Source of the DNA: Rickettsiales bacterium
GTDB lineage: Bacteria; Pseudomonadota; Alphaproteobacteria; Rickettsiales; RI-342
Assembly: GCA_044368015.1 (NCBI GenBank)
Contig: JBIPLF010000005.1
Coordinates: forward strand, 2,985-66,984
Length of the DNA stretch: 64,000 nt
Direction of reading: 5' to 3'
The notes under the pieces were generated by a model that was given only the letters and a program-made list of their open reading frames with translations, did no database searches and was not told the DNA's origin. Shown one piece after another: positions 37,421 to 45,775 of the stretch (position 1 is its first letter; each line of letters begins with the position of its first letter). The translations under genes were made by a program, and so were the position numbers.

Positions 37421-39397
37421 CTATCCGTGGTGCGCGCCCTGCACCGCCGCTTGCTGCTCGGTGACAGCACGCAAGGAAGCATCCTCGACCGTCGGTTCGG
37501 CCGGAGCATGTTCGGCGGTCTGGGCGGCGGCGGCGTGCTTCAACCCACTTTCCTTGGCGATTGGGGCCACGCTGTGTGCCACGGCAAGCATGGGCGTGTT
37601 GCCTTTGGGAATGGATGCGAGTTTGGTCGGTTGGGAAACAAACCGGTTTTCCTCCATTTTCTCCACCATCTGGGTCAGATTCTGGCGGATTTCTTCTGCA
37701 CTCACCGCAAATTTATCAACCACAGTGCTGAGATGCGTCGCCATTTCCGTGATGGCACGGCCACGGTCTTCCGGTGCCACGGCAAGGGCCATCTGGGCAT
37801 AGCGTCCCAGCACCATTTTGCCCGCGGGGCCTTGTTTTTCCAGCCAGCTTTTATCGGCGCCATCGCTTCCCAGTTCCGAGCCATGCTGCTTGGAAGTGAT
37901 CGCCGTCATGGCGCTCGACATCGTCCACAGCCCCAGACTGGCAATGGCCGCCGTATAGGCATTTTTGAACGGGTTTTTGGAGCCGCTTTGATCCGAGGCT
38001 TCCGCCTTTTCGGCGGTGGCGAGTTCGCTTTCCACCTGCCCGCGCACATCCAACAATTGATGCAGCTTTTCCAGCCCCGTGACCCCGGTCCGCTCAATGA
38101 CCGTTTGCAGGCGGTGTTCCGGATTATTTTGCAAGCTGCGAGCTTTCCATTTCTCCTGTAACGCATCGGGCGAGAATCCGGCCAGCGTCGCCTTGGCCGA
38201 TTCCATAATCCCTTCCAGGCTGAGCTTCGCTTCCGGTGTATCCTGACGCTCCGTTTCCAGAAACTCCTTGCGCCATTCCTGAATCCGCCCGGCAATGGTC
38301 GTACCTTTGGGGCCTACTGCATTCCAATCCACCCCGCCCAGCAGCACATCGCTGATGGCCTGATTGGCGCGGTCACGCAGTTCGTAATGCGAGGCGTGCT
38401 GGGTACCGTCCTTATCCGTCCAACCCGTCATGCGCTTGGTGTAGGTGCTTTTGAGGGAGAGCACGTCGGCCCACATCAGCGCGTTATCCAACAACTGATT
38501 CAGCCCCATGATCCGCACCGGGCGTTCCTGCACGAAGGAAATAAACCGACGGATCGGCCCCGGATTTTCCGGCATCCGCTGATCTTCCACCGCTTTTTCG
38601 GGTAGCAGGGAGGCGGTCAGCGCACCGGCGGCAGCGGTCGCCCCCGCAAAGGCACGGGTATATTGGCGATCATCAAGCCCGGATTTCACCAGTTGCAGGT
38701 TCCCCGGAATCCCCAAGGACGCATTCACCAGAATCGGATTGCGGGAGACAAATCCCACAAATTTTTGCAGAATATTACGGTTGTCCTGCATCTCCTGATG
38801 CGTGGTTTCATATTCGCTTTTTTCAATCTCGATGCCGCTTTTGGAAAGCTGATGGCGCGTTTCGTTGGCCAGGTTCTCAACGGAGGCGTTCAGCGCCTGC
38901 GCACCATTCCCGAATGCCGCCAGAATAATGGTCGCCGCACCATAGAGCTTCGATGCGCTGACAATGGATTCATCATCCAGAATCCGCCCGCGACGGTAGA
39001 GAAACACATGCCCCAAACAACCGAAGGTGCCGTCCAGCCGGGTGGCGTTACGCTGTATATTCACCCATGCCCGTTGCAAGAAATTGCCGCTTTGCTCGCG
39101 TGCATCGGAGAATTCCACCTGTGGTTCGCCGGAGATCGCTCCGGCCTGATGGAGGGCGCGAGTCAGAGACTTTTCATTACGACCAAGCGCCACCATCAGC
39201 ACATTTTCGCCATCCACCACGGAGGGAACGGCCTGAAACCCCTGTTTCAGCAGATGGGTAGCCAGTTGTTGCTGGTCGCCCGGCATCCCGGCTTCGCCCG
39301 CATGGAGAATAGCGAACTTACCCATGGGGCTGTGATCGATATCGATTTTGCTAACAACCGAACCGGTATTCTTCCAATGCAGGCTTTTGGTGATCAT
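37421..39397 (-). CDS. Hypothetical 658-aa protein, distant paralog of 29913-32129
   Basis: Long ORF with SD GGGGA, directly downstream of pilin-like gene 39474-40220. The plus-strand ORFs 37265-38161 and 38663-39454 are judged to be shadows. Confidence 0.75.
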   Translation of the reverse strand: MITKSLHWKNTGSVVSKIDIDHSPMGKFAILHAGEAGMPGDQQQLATHLLKQGFQAVPSVVDGENVLMVALGRNEKSLTRALHQAGAISGEPQVEFSDAREQSGNFLQRAWVNIQRNATRLDGTFGCLGHVFLYRRGRILDDESIVSASKLYGAATIILAAFGNGAQALNASVENLANETRHQLSKSGIEIEKSEYETTHQEMQDNRNILQKFVGFVSRNPILVNASLGIPGNLQLVKSGLDDRQYTRAFAGATAAAGALTASLLPEKAVEDQRMPENPGPIRRFISFVQERPVRIMGLNQLLDNALMWADVLSLKSTYTKRMTGWTDKDGTQHASHYELRDRANQAISDVLLGGVDWNAVGPKGTTIAGRIQEWRKEFLETERQDTPEAKLSLEGIMESAKATLAGFSPDALQEKWKARSLQNNPEHRLQTVIERTGVTGLEKLHQLLDVRGQVESELATAEKAEASDQSGSKNPFKNAYTAAIASLGLWTMSSAMTAITSKQHGSELGSDGADKSWLEKQGPAGKMVLGRYAQMALAVAPEDRGRAITEMATHLSTVVDKFAVSAEEIRQNLTQMVEKMEENRFVSQPTKLASIPKGNTPMLAVAHSVAPIAKESGLKHAAAAQTAEHAPAEPTVEDASLRAVTEQQAAVQGAHHG

Positions 39398-39473
39398 AGA
39401 GCGTCCCCTGTTACATTACCTCCCATTGTGGCTAGTTTTGTTACAGGAGTGTGACAGGTTTCTATTTTTTCAC

Positions 39474-40220
39474 TTATTGGCCACTGCTCCGCTTTAGCGC
39501 AAAAGATAGGGCGCAGCTTCTGCCGGCACTGGCCAGTGTATTGTAGATCATCCGCCCGCCGGATGTGGTGGTGCAGGCGGTTCCCACACGCGACTGCACA
39601 CGCCCGGAATCCGGCCAGCCATCATCGGCTTTGGTGTCGATGGCTTTCGCCTCATTCTGACTGAGTATGGTAGTGGAGCTAAAACTTGCAGCGGTTTGCC
39701 CTCCCAGTACCAGCACATTGCCTACGCTGTTGTTGGTGACCGTGACAGCCGCAGTTCCGGGGGTATCGCTGTGTTTCCAGATGGCGTCGGCAGGGGCGAT
39801 GTAATAAAAGGAATAACCCGCCGCCTTATTAATTTTGGATGCCGGAATATTCGTGCCAATCACCGCCATGGCGCTGGACACCGCCCCCGTATAACGGCCG
39901 GGAATCAGTTTGGTTTGCATCAGGTGATACCAGGCTTGCAGCCCTTCCGTATTCCATGGGCTGATCTGCCCATCACCATTGCCATTGACCGCTGCCGTCC
40001 ACGCCGTTTGCGATGTCGCCAGCACAAAATCGCCGGGCAATCCCTGATATTGGGTTTCAAACTCATGCACTCCCCGGCGATAGGCTTCCACTTCCTCTAC
40101 CACGCCCTGAATTTTGCTGGCGCGGATCATGGACTGAGCCGCAATCACCGCTCCGGCCAGAATGCCCACAATCGTGAGTACAATAGCCAGTTCCACCAAT
40201 GAAAAACCCCGATTATCCAT
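39474..40220 (-). CDS. Prepilin-type N-terminal domain protein (small pilin-like paralog 2)
   Basis: MDNRGFSLVELAIVLTIVGILAGAV, with a 5-aa leader and SD GGAG. Shares YQGLPGD, NGDGQI and DTKADDGWP with the other small paralogs. Confidence 0.85.
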   Translation of the reverse strand: MDNRGFSLVELAIVLTIVGILAGAVIAAQSMIRASKIQGVVEEVEAYRRGVHEFETQYQGLPGDFVLATSQTAWTAAVNGNGDGQISPWNTEGLQAWYHLMQTKLIPGRYTGAVSSAMAVIGTNIPASKINKAAGYSFYYIAPADAIWKHSDTPGTAAVTVTNNSVGNVLVLGGQTAASFSSTTILSQNEAKAIDTKADDGWPDSGRVQSRVGTACTTTSGGRMIYNTLASAGRSCALSFALKRSSGQ

Positions 40221-40332
40221 CGCACACACTCCTGAGAAAAGAGGAGGATGCGACTGATGGAAGCGGAAGTCAAGAACGCCCGCCCCCGCCACGGATATTG
40301 CCTTTTGATCCGCATCTGCTACTGTGGGCCGC

Positions 40333-40524
40333 ATGTCGCTATGGGATGAAGACACACCGAAAACCCTTCCCGCCACGCACCGGATCGGCGAGGATGTGTC
40401 GCTTGTCTCTGCCGATGAATTGCGGGTACGCATTGGGCTGTTGCAGGCAGAAATCACCCGGCTGGAACGCGAAGTCACCGCCCGGCACGCTGCCCGCTCG
40501 CAGGCGGAGGCGTTTTTTCAGTAG
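40333..40524 (+). CDS. DUF1192 family small protein
   Basis: IGEDVSLVSADELRVRIGLLQAEITRLEREVTARHAARSQAEAFF matches the recalled pattern of the alphaproteobacterial DUF1192 coiled-coil family. Confidence 0.7.
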   Translation: MSLWDEDTPKTLPATHRIGEDVSLVSADELRVRIGLLQAEITRLEREVTARHAARSQAEAFFQ

Positions 40525-40583
40525 GTGGTGGACAACGCGTCTATCAAGACGTAGCTTATGCGGAGAACAGGATACACGTCATG

Positions 40584-40615
40584 CTCAGCACTCAGCACTC
40601 AGCACTCAGCACTCA
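40584..40615 (+). repeat. Heptanucleotide tandem repeat (CTCAGCA) x4 plus a partial copy
   Basis: Read directly from the sequence. It ends 9 nt before the pilin-like ATG at 40625. Confidence 0.95.
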
Positions 40616-40624
40616 CGGCGTGCC

Positions 40625-41344
40625 ATGCGTAGCCCGCGCCAGCAAGGCTTCACGCTGGTGGAGCTTTCCATCGTCCTTGTCATCGTCGGCCTGATTCTCG
40701 GCGGCGTGATGGTGGGGCGGAGTATGATACGCAGCAGTCAGGTCGGTAAAATTGGGCAAGATTTGCAGGCCTATGAAGCAGCAACCCAGATGTTCATCGA
40801 TAAATATCAGGGTTTACCGGGAGATATGACCAATGCGACGACATTCTGGACGGGTGCGGTTAATGGAAATGGAGATGGGCTCATCAATGTCAGTGATGAA
40901 TCATTTCGGTCTTGGCAGCACCTTACGTCTGCGGGCCTGATTAAAGGTCGCTTCAGTGGGGTCACAGGGAGCGGATCTGTAACAGATTTTGAGCCAGGTA
41001 ATAATGTCCCACGCGGTCCCGTTTCTGGAACGGGCTATATGCTATTCAATCTGGGAACCGTAACCATTGGCTGTGATTGGTGGCCGTATGCGTACCGGAA
41101 TGTTCTGCTTTACGGCAAAGACAGTGGCACATCCTATACCTATCAGGCTATCCTGACCCCTGCAGAATTGTATGCGATTGACCTTAAGTACGATGATGGC
41201 AAACCGGTAACTGGCATCGTATTCTCAGGCCAGAAAGCCTGCGCGACGGTCAATTGTACCACCACAACCGATCCCGCCACGACGGACTATAACACATCCT
41301 ATCAGGGAGAAGCCTGCAATCTCATCTATCGGCTGAATGTTTAG
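40625..41344 (+). CDS. Prepilin-type N-terminal domain protein (small pilin-like paralog 3)
   Basis: MRSPRQQGFTLVELSIVLVIVGLILGGVMVGRSMIRSSQV, with a canonical 8-aa leader. Close paralog of 7860-8732. Confidence 0.9.
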   Translation: MRSPRQQGFTLVELSIVLVIVGLILGGVMVGRSMIRSSQVGKIGQDLQAYEAATQMFIDKYQGLPGDMTNATTFWTGAVNGNGDGLINVSDESFRSWQHLTSAGLIKGRFSGVTGSGSVTDFEPGNNVPRGPVSGTGYMLFNLGTVTIGCDWWPYAYRNVLLYGKDSGTSYTYQAILTPAELYAIDLKYDDGKPVTGIVFSGQKACATVNCTTTTDPATTDYNTSYQGEACNLIYRLNV

Positions 41345-41426
41345 CCCCACTCGCCTTGCACGACCCCATTGACTCTTTGGGCGTTCCTCCCATAATACGC
41401 CGCTCTTTTGACATCAAGGGCGTGCC

Positions 41427-42614
41427 ATGACCATCTCCTCTGTACTACCCGTTTATCAGCGCACTGCGTTCGCGGTGGCGCGTGGCGAGGGCGTGTATCT
41501 GTTCGATACCGACGGGCGACGTTATCTGGATTTTGCAGCGGGGATTGCGGTCAACAGTTTGGGCCATTGCCATCCGCATGTGACCAAAGCCTTGTGCGAT
41601 CAGGCACATACGCTGTGGCATGTCTCCAACATGTACCGGGTGCCGGGGCAGGAAAAGCTGGCGGAACGGCTGATCGCCCGCAGCTTCGCCGATACCGCAT
41701 TCTTCTGCAATTCGGGGGCAGAAGCCAATGAGTGCGCGATCAAAATGATGCGCCGCTACCATTACACCAAGGGCAATCCGGAACGCTATCATATCATCAC
41801 GCTGGAAGGCTGCTTCCACGGGCGCACCATGGCGACCATCTCCGCCAGCGGCAAACCAAAGGTGATGCAGGGGTTTGAACCGGCGCTTGATGGTTTCCGC
41901 CGCGTGCCGTTTGGCGATCTGGAGGCGCTGAAAGCCGCGATCACCCCGGAGGTCGGGGGCATTCTGTTTGAGCCGATTTTGGGTGAAGGCGGGGTGAAAC
42001 AACTCTCCGTTGAGTATCTGCGCGCCGCACGCGCCCTGTGCGACGCACACGACATGCTGCTAATGCTGGACGAAGTGCAATGCGGGGTCGGGCGCACCGG
42101 GCATCTCTTCTCCTATGAACCCGCGGGCATTGAACCGGATGTGGTGACGCTCGCCAAGGGGATCGGCACCGGGTTTCCGCTCGGCATTTGCCTCGCCAAT
42201 GAGCGGGCGGCATCGGGGATGGTGGTCGGATCGCACGGCACCACCTATGGCGGCAATCCACTGGCGATGGCGGTAGGAAACGCCGTGCTGGACGTGATTC
42301 TGGCCCCGGATTTCATCCCCAACGTCCGCGCACGCGGGGCGGAATTGCGGACGGCGCTGGAAGGGCTGGTGGCACGCTATCCTTCGCTACTCACCGGCAT
42401 TCGCGGCGAAGGGCTGATGCTGGGGCTTGTCACGCAATGCGATCCGGTAGAGTTCGTCAAAAAGGGCCGCGAAGTGGGGATTCTCACCGTGGCGGCAGCG
42501 GAAAACACCATCCGCATCCTGCCGCCGCTGATTGTCGAATCCGCCCATATTGCGGAAGCGATACAGCTATTTGAAGCGACCTGCGAAGGGATGATTCGCG
42601 ATGCAGCGGCTTAG
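41427..42614 (+). CDS. argD: Acetylornithine aminotransferase
   Basis: 395 aa, class III aminotransferase. Contains FCNSGAEANE, DEVQCGVGRTG and TLAKGIG. TTGACT-17 nt-ATAATA lies upstream at 41369-41397. Confidence 0.95.
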   Translation: MTISSVLPVYQRTAFAVARGEGVYLFDTDGRRYLDFAAGIAVNSLGHCHPHVTKALCDQAHTLWHVSNMYRVPGQEKLAERLIARSFADTAFFCNSGAEANECAIKMMRRYHYTKGNPERYHIITLEGCFHGRTMATISASGKPKVMQGFEPALDGFRRVPFGDLEALKAAITPEVGGILFEPILGEGGVKQLSVEYLRAARALCDAHDMLLMLDEVQCGVGRTGHLFSYEPAGIEPDVVTLAKGIGTGFPLGICLANERAASGMVVGSHGTTYGGNPLAMAVGNAVLDVILAPDFIPNVRARGAELRTALEGLVARYPSLLTGIRGEGLMLGLVTQCDPVEFVKKGREVGILTVAAAENTIRILPPLIVESAHIAEAIQLFEATCEGMIRDAAA

Positions 42615-42629
42615 TCATCACTTATTCCT

Positions 42630-42684
42630 TCACCCCTCCCTGAATGGGAGGGGTCGGAATCGTTCACGATTCCGGGGGAGGGTG
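42630..42684. repeat. Family A hairpin element
   Basis: TCACCCCTCCCTGAATGGGAGGGGTCGGAATCGTTCACGATTCCGGGGGAGGGTGA. Confidence 0.85.
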
Positions 42685-42760
42685 ATGCTGTTTTCCCCCC
42701 CCCCCGACCCCTCCCCCCCTGACGGGGGGGGGCCATGTTAAGTTGATTTGAGAGGTAAAT

Positions 42761-43669
42761 GTGCCCCATTTCCTAGACCTCGCGCCGCTGGAACCCGCTA
42801 CGCTGCGGCACATCCTGCGGCTTGCATCCGACCTCAAAACCCGTTGGAAGGCGGGGGATCGCCCGCGCCTGCTCGATGGCAAAGTGCTCGCGATGATTTT
42901 CGAGAAAAGCTCCACCCGCACCCGCATTTCGTTTGAGGTGGCGATGCTGCAACTGGGCGGAAACGCGACCATCCTCACCAAGGAAAATTCGCAACTGGGA
43001 CGCGGCGAATCCCCCGCCGATACCGCCCGGACGCTCTCCCGCTATACGGATGCGATCATGATGCGCTGCTACAAGCAGGAGGATCTGGAGATCATGGCGG
43101 AAACCGGTTCCGTGCCGGTGATTAATGGGCTGACCGATTACAGCCACCCCTGTCAGGTAATGGCGGATATCCTGACCTTTGAGGAGCATCGCGGGCCGAT
43201 CACCGGCAAACGTATTGCGTGGATTGGCGACGGCAACAACATGGCGGTTTCCTGGATTCACGCGGCGGCGCGGCTTGGGTTCACCCTGTCGCTTGCCTAT
43301 CCGGAGAATTTCGCGCCGTTTCAAACCGTGCTCGACTGGGCGAAGGCGGAAGGCGCGGATATTCGCATCTGCCGCACCCCACAGGAGGCCGTCGCGGGCG
43401 CGAGTCTTATCAACACCGATACTTGGATTTCCATGCACGATCAGGACAGCCCCCTGCGCGGGCGCATCTTCCAGCCCTATCAGGTCAATGATGCGCTGAT
43501 GGCGCTCGCCAGTCCGGACGCGCTCTTCATGCACTGCCTGCCTGCCAAACGCGGCGAGGAAGTCACCGAAAGCGTGCTCGACGGCCCACAATCGGTCATC
43601 TGGGATGAGGCCGAAAACCGCCTGCATATCCAGAAGGCGATTCTGGCGTGGTGTTTGGGGGTGGGGTGA
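42761..43669 (+). CDS. argF: Ornithine carbamoyltransferase
   Basis: Contains STRTRISFE, HPCQ and HCLPA. GTG start. Confidence 0.96.
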   Translation: MPHFLDLAPLEPATLRHILRLASDLKTRWKAGDRPRLLDGKVLAMIFEKSSTRTRISFEVAMLQLGGNATILTKENSQLGRGESPADTARTLSRYTDAIMMRCYKQEDLEIMAETGSVPVINGLTDYSHPCQVMADILTFEEHRGPITGKRIAWIGDGNNMAVSWIHAAARLGFTLSLAYPENFAPFQTVLDWAKAEGADIRICRTPQEAVAGASLINTDTWISMHDQDSPLRGRIFQPYQVNDALMALASPDALFMHCLPAKRGEEVTESVLDGPQSVIWDEAENRLHIQKAILAWCLGVG

Positions 43670-43677
43670 GGGAGAGG

Positions 43678-43735
43678 GATCAGGATTCGGGATTCAGGGG
43701 TCAGTAAACGCCCCCTCCCTATCCCTCCGCTTCGC
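43678..43735. repeat. GGATTCA-type heptamer module plus the left arm of family P
   Basis: GATCAGGATTCGGGATTCAGGGGTCAG followed by CCCCCTCCCTATCCCTCCGCTTCGC. Confidence 0.75.
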
Positions 43736-43796
43736 AGCTGTTGGCGGCGGCTTACCCATACCAAGCGGATTGGGGAACCGACGGATGGCTGGGGGG

Positions 43797-44009
43797 TTAC
43801 CCCCGTAAAGATTCCGTGGCCGGAGGCTTAGAGAGGTCGCCAGCCAGTTGACCTAGCCGCACCACCGTACCAGCAGTAACTGGTACAGCTCCGCCGCTCA
43901 CTACAGTGCCGATGGGTGTGGGTGTTACCGCGAACCCATCTCCTACAGGAGTAGACGGAAGCGGGCCTCCATCGTTTGCATCGTGTAGAAGATATTCTGA
44001 TTTTTCCAT
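43797..44009 (-). CDS. Small hypothetical protein A (70 aa)
   Basis: Strong SD AAGGAGG 4 nt before the ATG. A conserved upstream element is shared with 51906-52202. LHDANDGGPLPSTP is weakly similar to LHSNDTDGLPKGAP in protein B. Confidence 0.5.
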   Translation of the reverse strand: MEKSEYLLHDANDGGPLPSTPVGDGFAVTPTPIGTVVSGGAVPVTAGTVVRLGQLAGDLSKPPATESLRG

Positions 44010-44036
44010 ACGTCCTCCTTGAATCTATAAGGAGGT

Positions 44037-44092
44037 AATGCTAACCCGCCGATGTTGCTTTTTTTTTCGGATTGATGACTGTTTCGTGACAA
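44037..44092 (-). promoter_or_regulatory. Conserved upstream element, copy A
   Basis: The minus strand reads TTGTCACGAAACAGTCATCAATCCGAAAAAAAAAGCAACATCGGCGGGTTAGCATT. By hand alignment, 45 of 55 positions are identical to copy B. Confidence 0.5.
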
Positions 44093-44112
44093 ACCCATAA
44101 CGTAGGAATAGA

Positions 44113-45051
44113 ATGACCGTTCCCGATTCCCCCACGCTGGATATCCACCAGCCTTTCATGATCGAAACCTCCAACCTGCGCGGGCGGGCAGTGCGGCTGG
44201 GGCCGATTTTGCATCACATCATCACGCGGCACGACTATCCGGCGCGGGTAAATGGCTGGCTCGCCGAGCTGGTGTTGCTGGCGGCGCTCCTGTCGCGGAT
44301 GCTGAAGAGCGGCAACGGGTTGACCATTCAGGTGCAGGGCGACGGCCCCCTGAAGCTCATGGTGGCCGATGTGATGGCAAACGGCGATTTGCGCGCCTGC
44401 GCGACGCTGGATGCGGAATCCCCCCTCTTCCACACCGTCAACGATGCCGAGCTTCCCTTGCAGGATTTCACCGGCAAAGCCTATCTGGCGATTACGCTGG
44501 AGCCGGGCGATGGCGGCGAACGCTATCAGGGGATTGTACCGCTGGAACATGCAAGCCTCAGCGAATGCGTCATCGCCTATTTCCGCCAGTCGGAGCAGAT
44601 TGAGGTCGCCCTGCAACTGGCCGCCGGGCCGGATAAGCAAGGAAACTGGCATGCGGGCGGCATTCTGCTTCAGCAATTGCCGGAACAGAGCGCCCCCGCC
44701 ACCGAGAATGTGTTGTTTCTGGATTTCGGGGGCGATACCTCCGCATCCTATGGCAGTGAGGCCTGGAACCGCGCCAAGCTTTTTTTACGCAGCGTCACCC
44801 GCTACGAGTTGCTGGACGCCGAACTCCCCATGCCGGATTTGCTCTACCGCCTGTTCCATGAGGAAGGCGTGCGGCTGTTCGACGCCACCCCACTCACCGA
44901 GGGCTGCCGCTGCTCCCGCGAGCGCATCGAGGGGTTTTTGCGCGATCTCTCCCCCGGCGAGCGCGAGGAACTCTACGAGGCAGGCTTCATCCGCGTGCGG
45001 TGCGAATTCTGCAACCGCGAGGAGCTATTTGACGATGAGTTGCGGGGGTAG
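44113..45051 (+). CDS. hslO: Redox-regulated chaperone Hsp33
   Basis: The C-terminal zinc centre reads CRCSRERIEGFL...VRCEFCNREELF. The argD-argF-hslO order is typical of alphaproteobacteria. Confidence 0.95.
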   Translation: MTVPDSPTLDIHQPFMIETSNLRGRAVRLGPILHHIITRHDYPARVNGWLAELVLLAALLSRMLKSGNGLTIQVQGDGPLKLMVADVMANGDLRACATLDAESPLFHTVNDAELPLQDFTGKAYLAITLEPGDGGERYQGIVPLEHASLSECVIAYFRQSEQIEVALQLAAGPDKQGNWHAGGILLQQLPEQSAPATENVLFLDFGGDTSASYGSEAWNRAKLFLRSVTRYELLDAELPMPDLLYRLFHEEGVRLFDATPLTEGCRCSRERIEGFLRDLSPGEREELYEAGFIRVRCEFCNREELFDDELRG

Positions 45052-45114
45052 ACTCATCTTGTCACTCGGCAGTTGAAACTTGACAATCTGTCTACTATAG
45101 TATACGGTTATAGC

Positions 45115-45408
45115 ATGGTTGAGCTGATTCGCAGCGATGTATTCATCACATGGTTCTACGGATTGAGAGACTCGCGGGCGGTGGCCGCTATTGCCAGCCG
45201 ACTGGAACGCATGGAAATGGGAAACAACGGGGATGTCGAGCCTGTGGGCGAAGGCGTCAGCGAAGCGCGCATCCATTACGGCCCCGGCTACCGGCTCTAT
45301 TTTCTGCAACGTGGCACGCAGGTCGTTGTGCTGCTGTGCGGCGGGAACAAGGCTACGCAGAAACGGGATATTCAACAGGCCAAACAACTGGCGGAACAAT
45401 GGAGATAA
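45115..45408 (+). CDS. Type II toxin, addiction-module killer protein (HigB/RelE superfamily)
   Basis: MVELIRSDVFITWFYGLRD...GDVEPVGEGVSEARIHYGPGYRLYFLQRG..VVLLCGGNKATQKRDI matches the recalled killer-protein family pattern. TTGAAA-18 nt-TATAGT lies upstream. Confidence 0.85.
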   Translation: MVELIRSDVFITWFYGLRDSRAVAAIASRLERMEMGNNGDVEPVGEGVSEARIHYGPGYRLYFLQRGTQVVVLLCGGNKATQKRDIQQAKQLAEQWR

Positions 45409-45411
45409 GCA

Positions 45412-45708
45412 ATGGAAATGCCCGCAGGATTTAGCAAGCTGGATATCGCAGATCTGCTTCGCACCCCTGAACAGCAGGCCGCCTACCTGGATGTCGTACT
45501 GGAAGAAGGCGGTGACGATCCGGCGTTTGTTGTCAAAGCGCTGGAAACCATTGCCAGAGCACGCGGCATGACCCAGCTTGCGCGTGATACCGGCATGTCC
45601 CGTGCGGGTGTGTATAAAGCCCTTTCCCCAGACGGAAACCCCGAATTTGCCACCATCCTCAAAATGATCAACGCGTTGGGGCTGCGCCTGCATGTATCGC
45701 CTGCATAG
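45412..45708 (+). CDS. Type II antitoxin, addiction-module antidote protein (HigA family, HTH)
   Basis: AAYLDVVLEEGGDDPAFVVKALETIARARGMTQLARDTGMSRAGVYKALSPDGNPEFATILKMINALGLRL. It starts 3 nt after the toxin stop. Confidence 0.85.
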   Translation: MEMPAGFSKLDIADLLRTPEQQAAYLDVVLEEGGDDPAFVVKALETIARARGMTQLARDTGMSRAGVYKALSPDGNPEFATILKMINALGLRLHVSPA

Positions 45709-45775
45709 GGACTAAACACCTAGTAACGCACTCCCCCCTTGCCCTCCCCCCCTCCGGGCGCTACCATCCCCGCCC

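Noticed and set aside
37265-39454. Plus-strand ORFs 37265-38161 (298 aa) and 38663-39454 (263 aa).
   Set aside because: They overlap the 658-aa minus-strand ORF, which has an SD, balanced composition and a paralog at 29913-32129. The plus-strand translations are Arg/His/Gly/Phe-rich and low in complexity.
39474-41344. N-terminal extensions of the pilin-like ORFs as given in the track (39474-40478 and 40199-41344). The same issue applies to 25319-26353, 59951-60868 and 62948-63988.
   Set aside because: The extensions are translated intergenic or repeat DNA. Canonical short prepilin leaders (MDNRG|F, MRSPRQQG|F), SD-preceded internal ATGs or signal peptides define much better starts. The 40199 extension also overlaps the DUF1192 gene in another frame.
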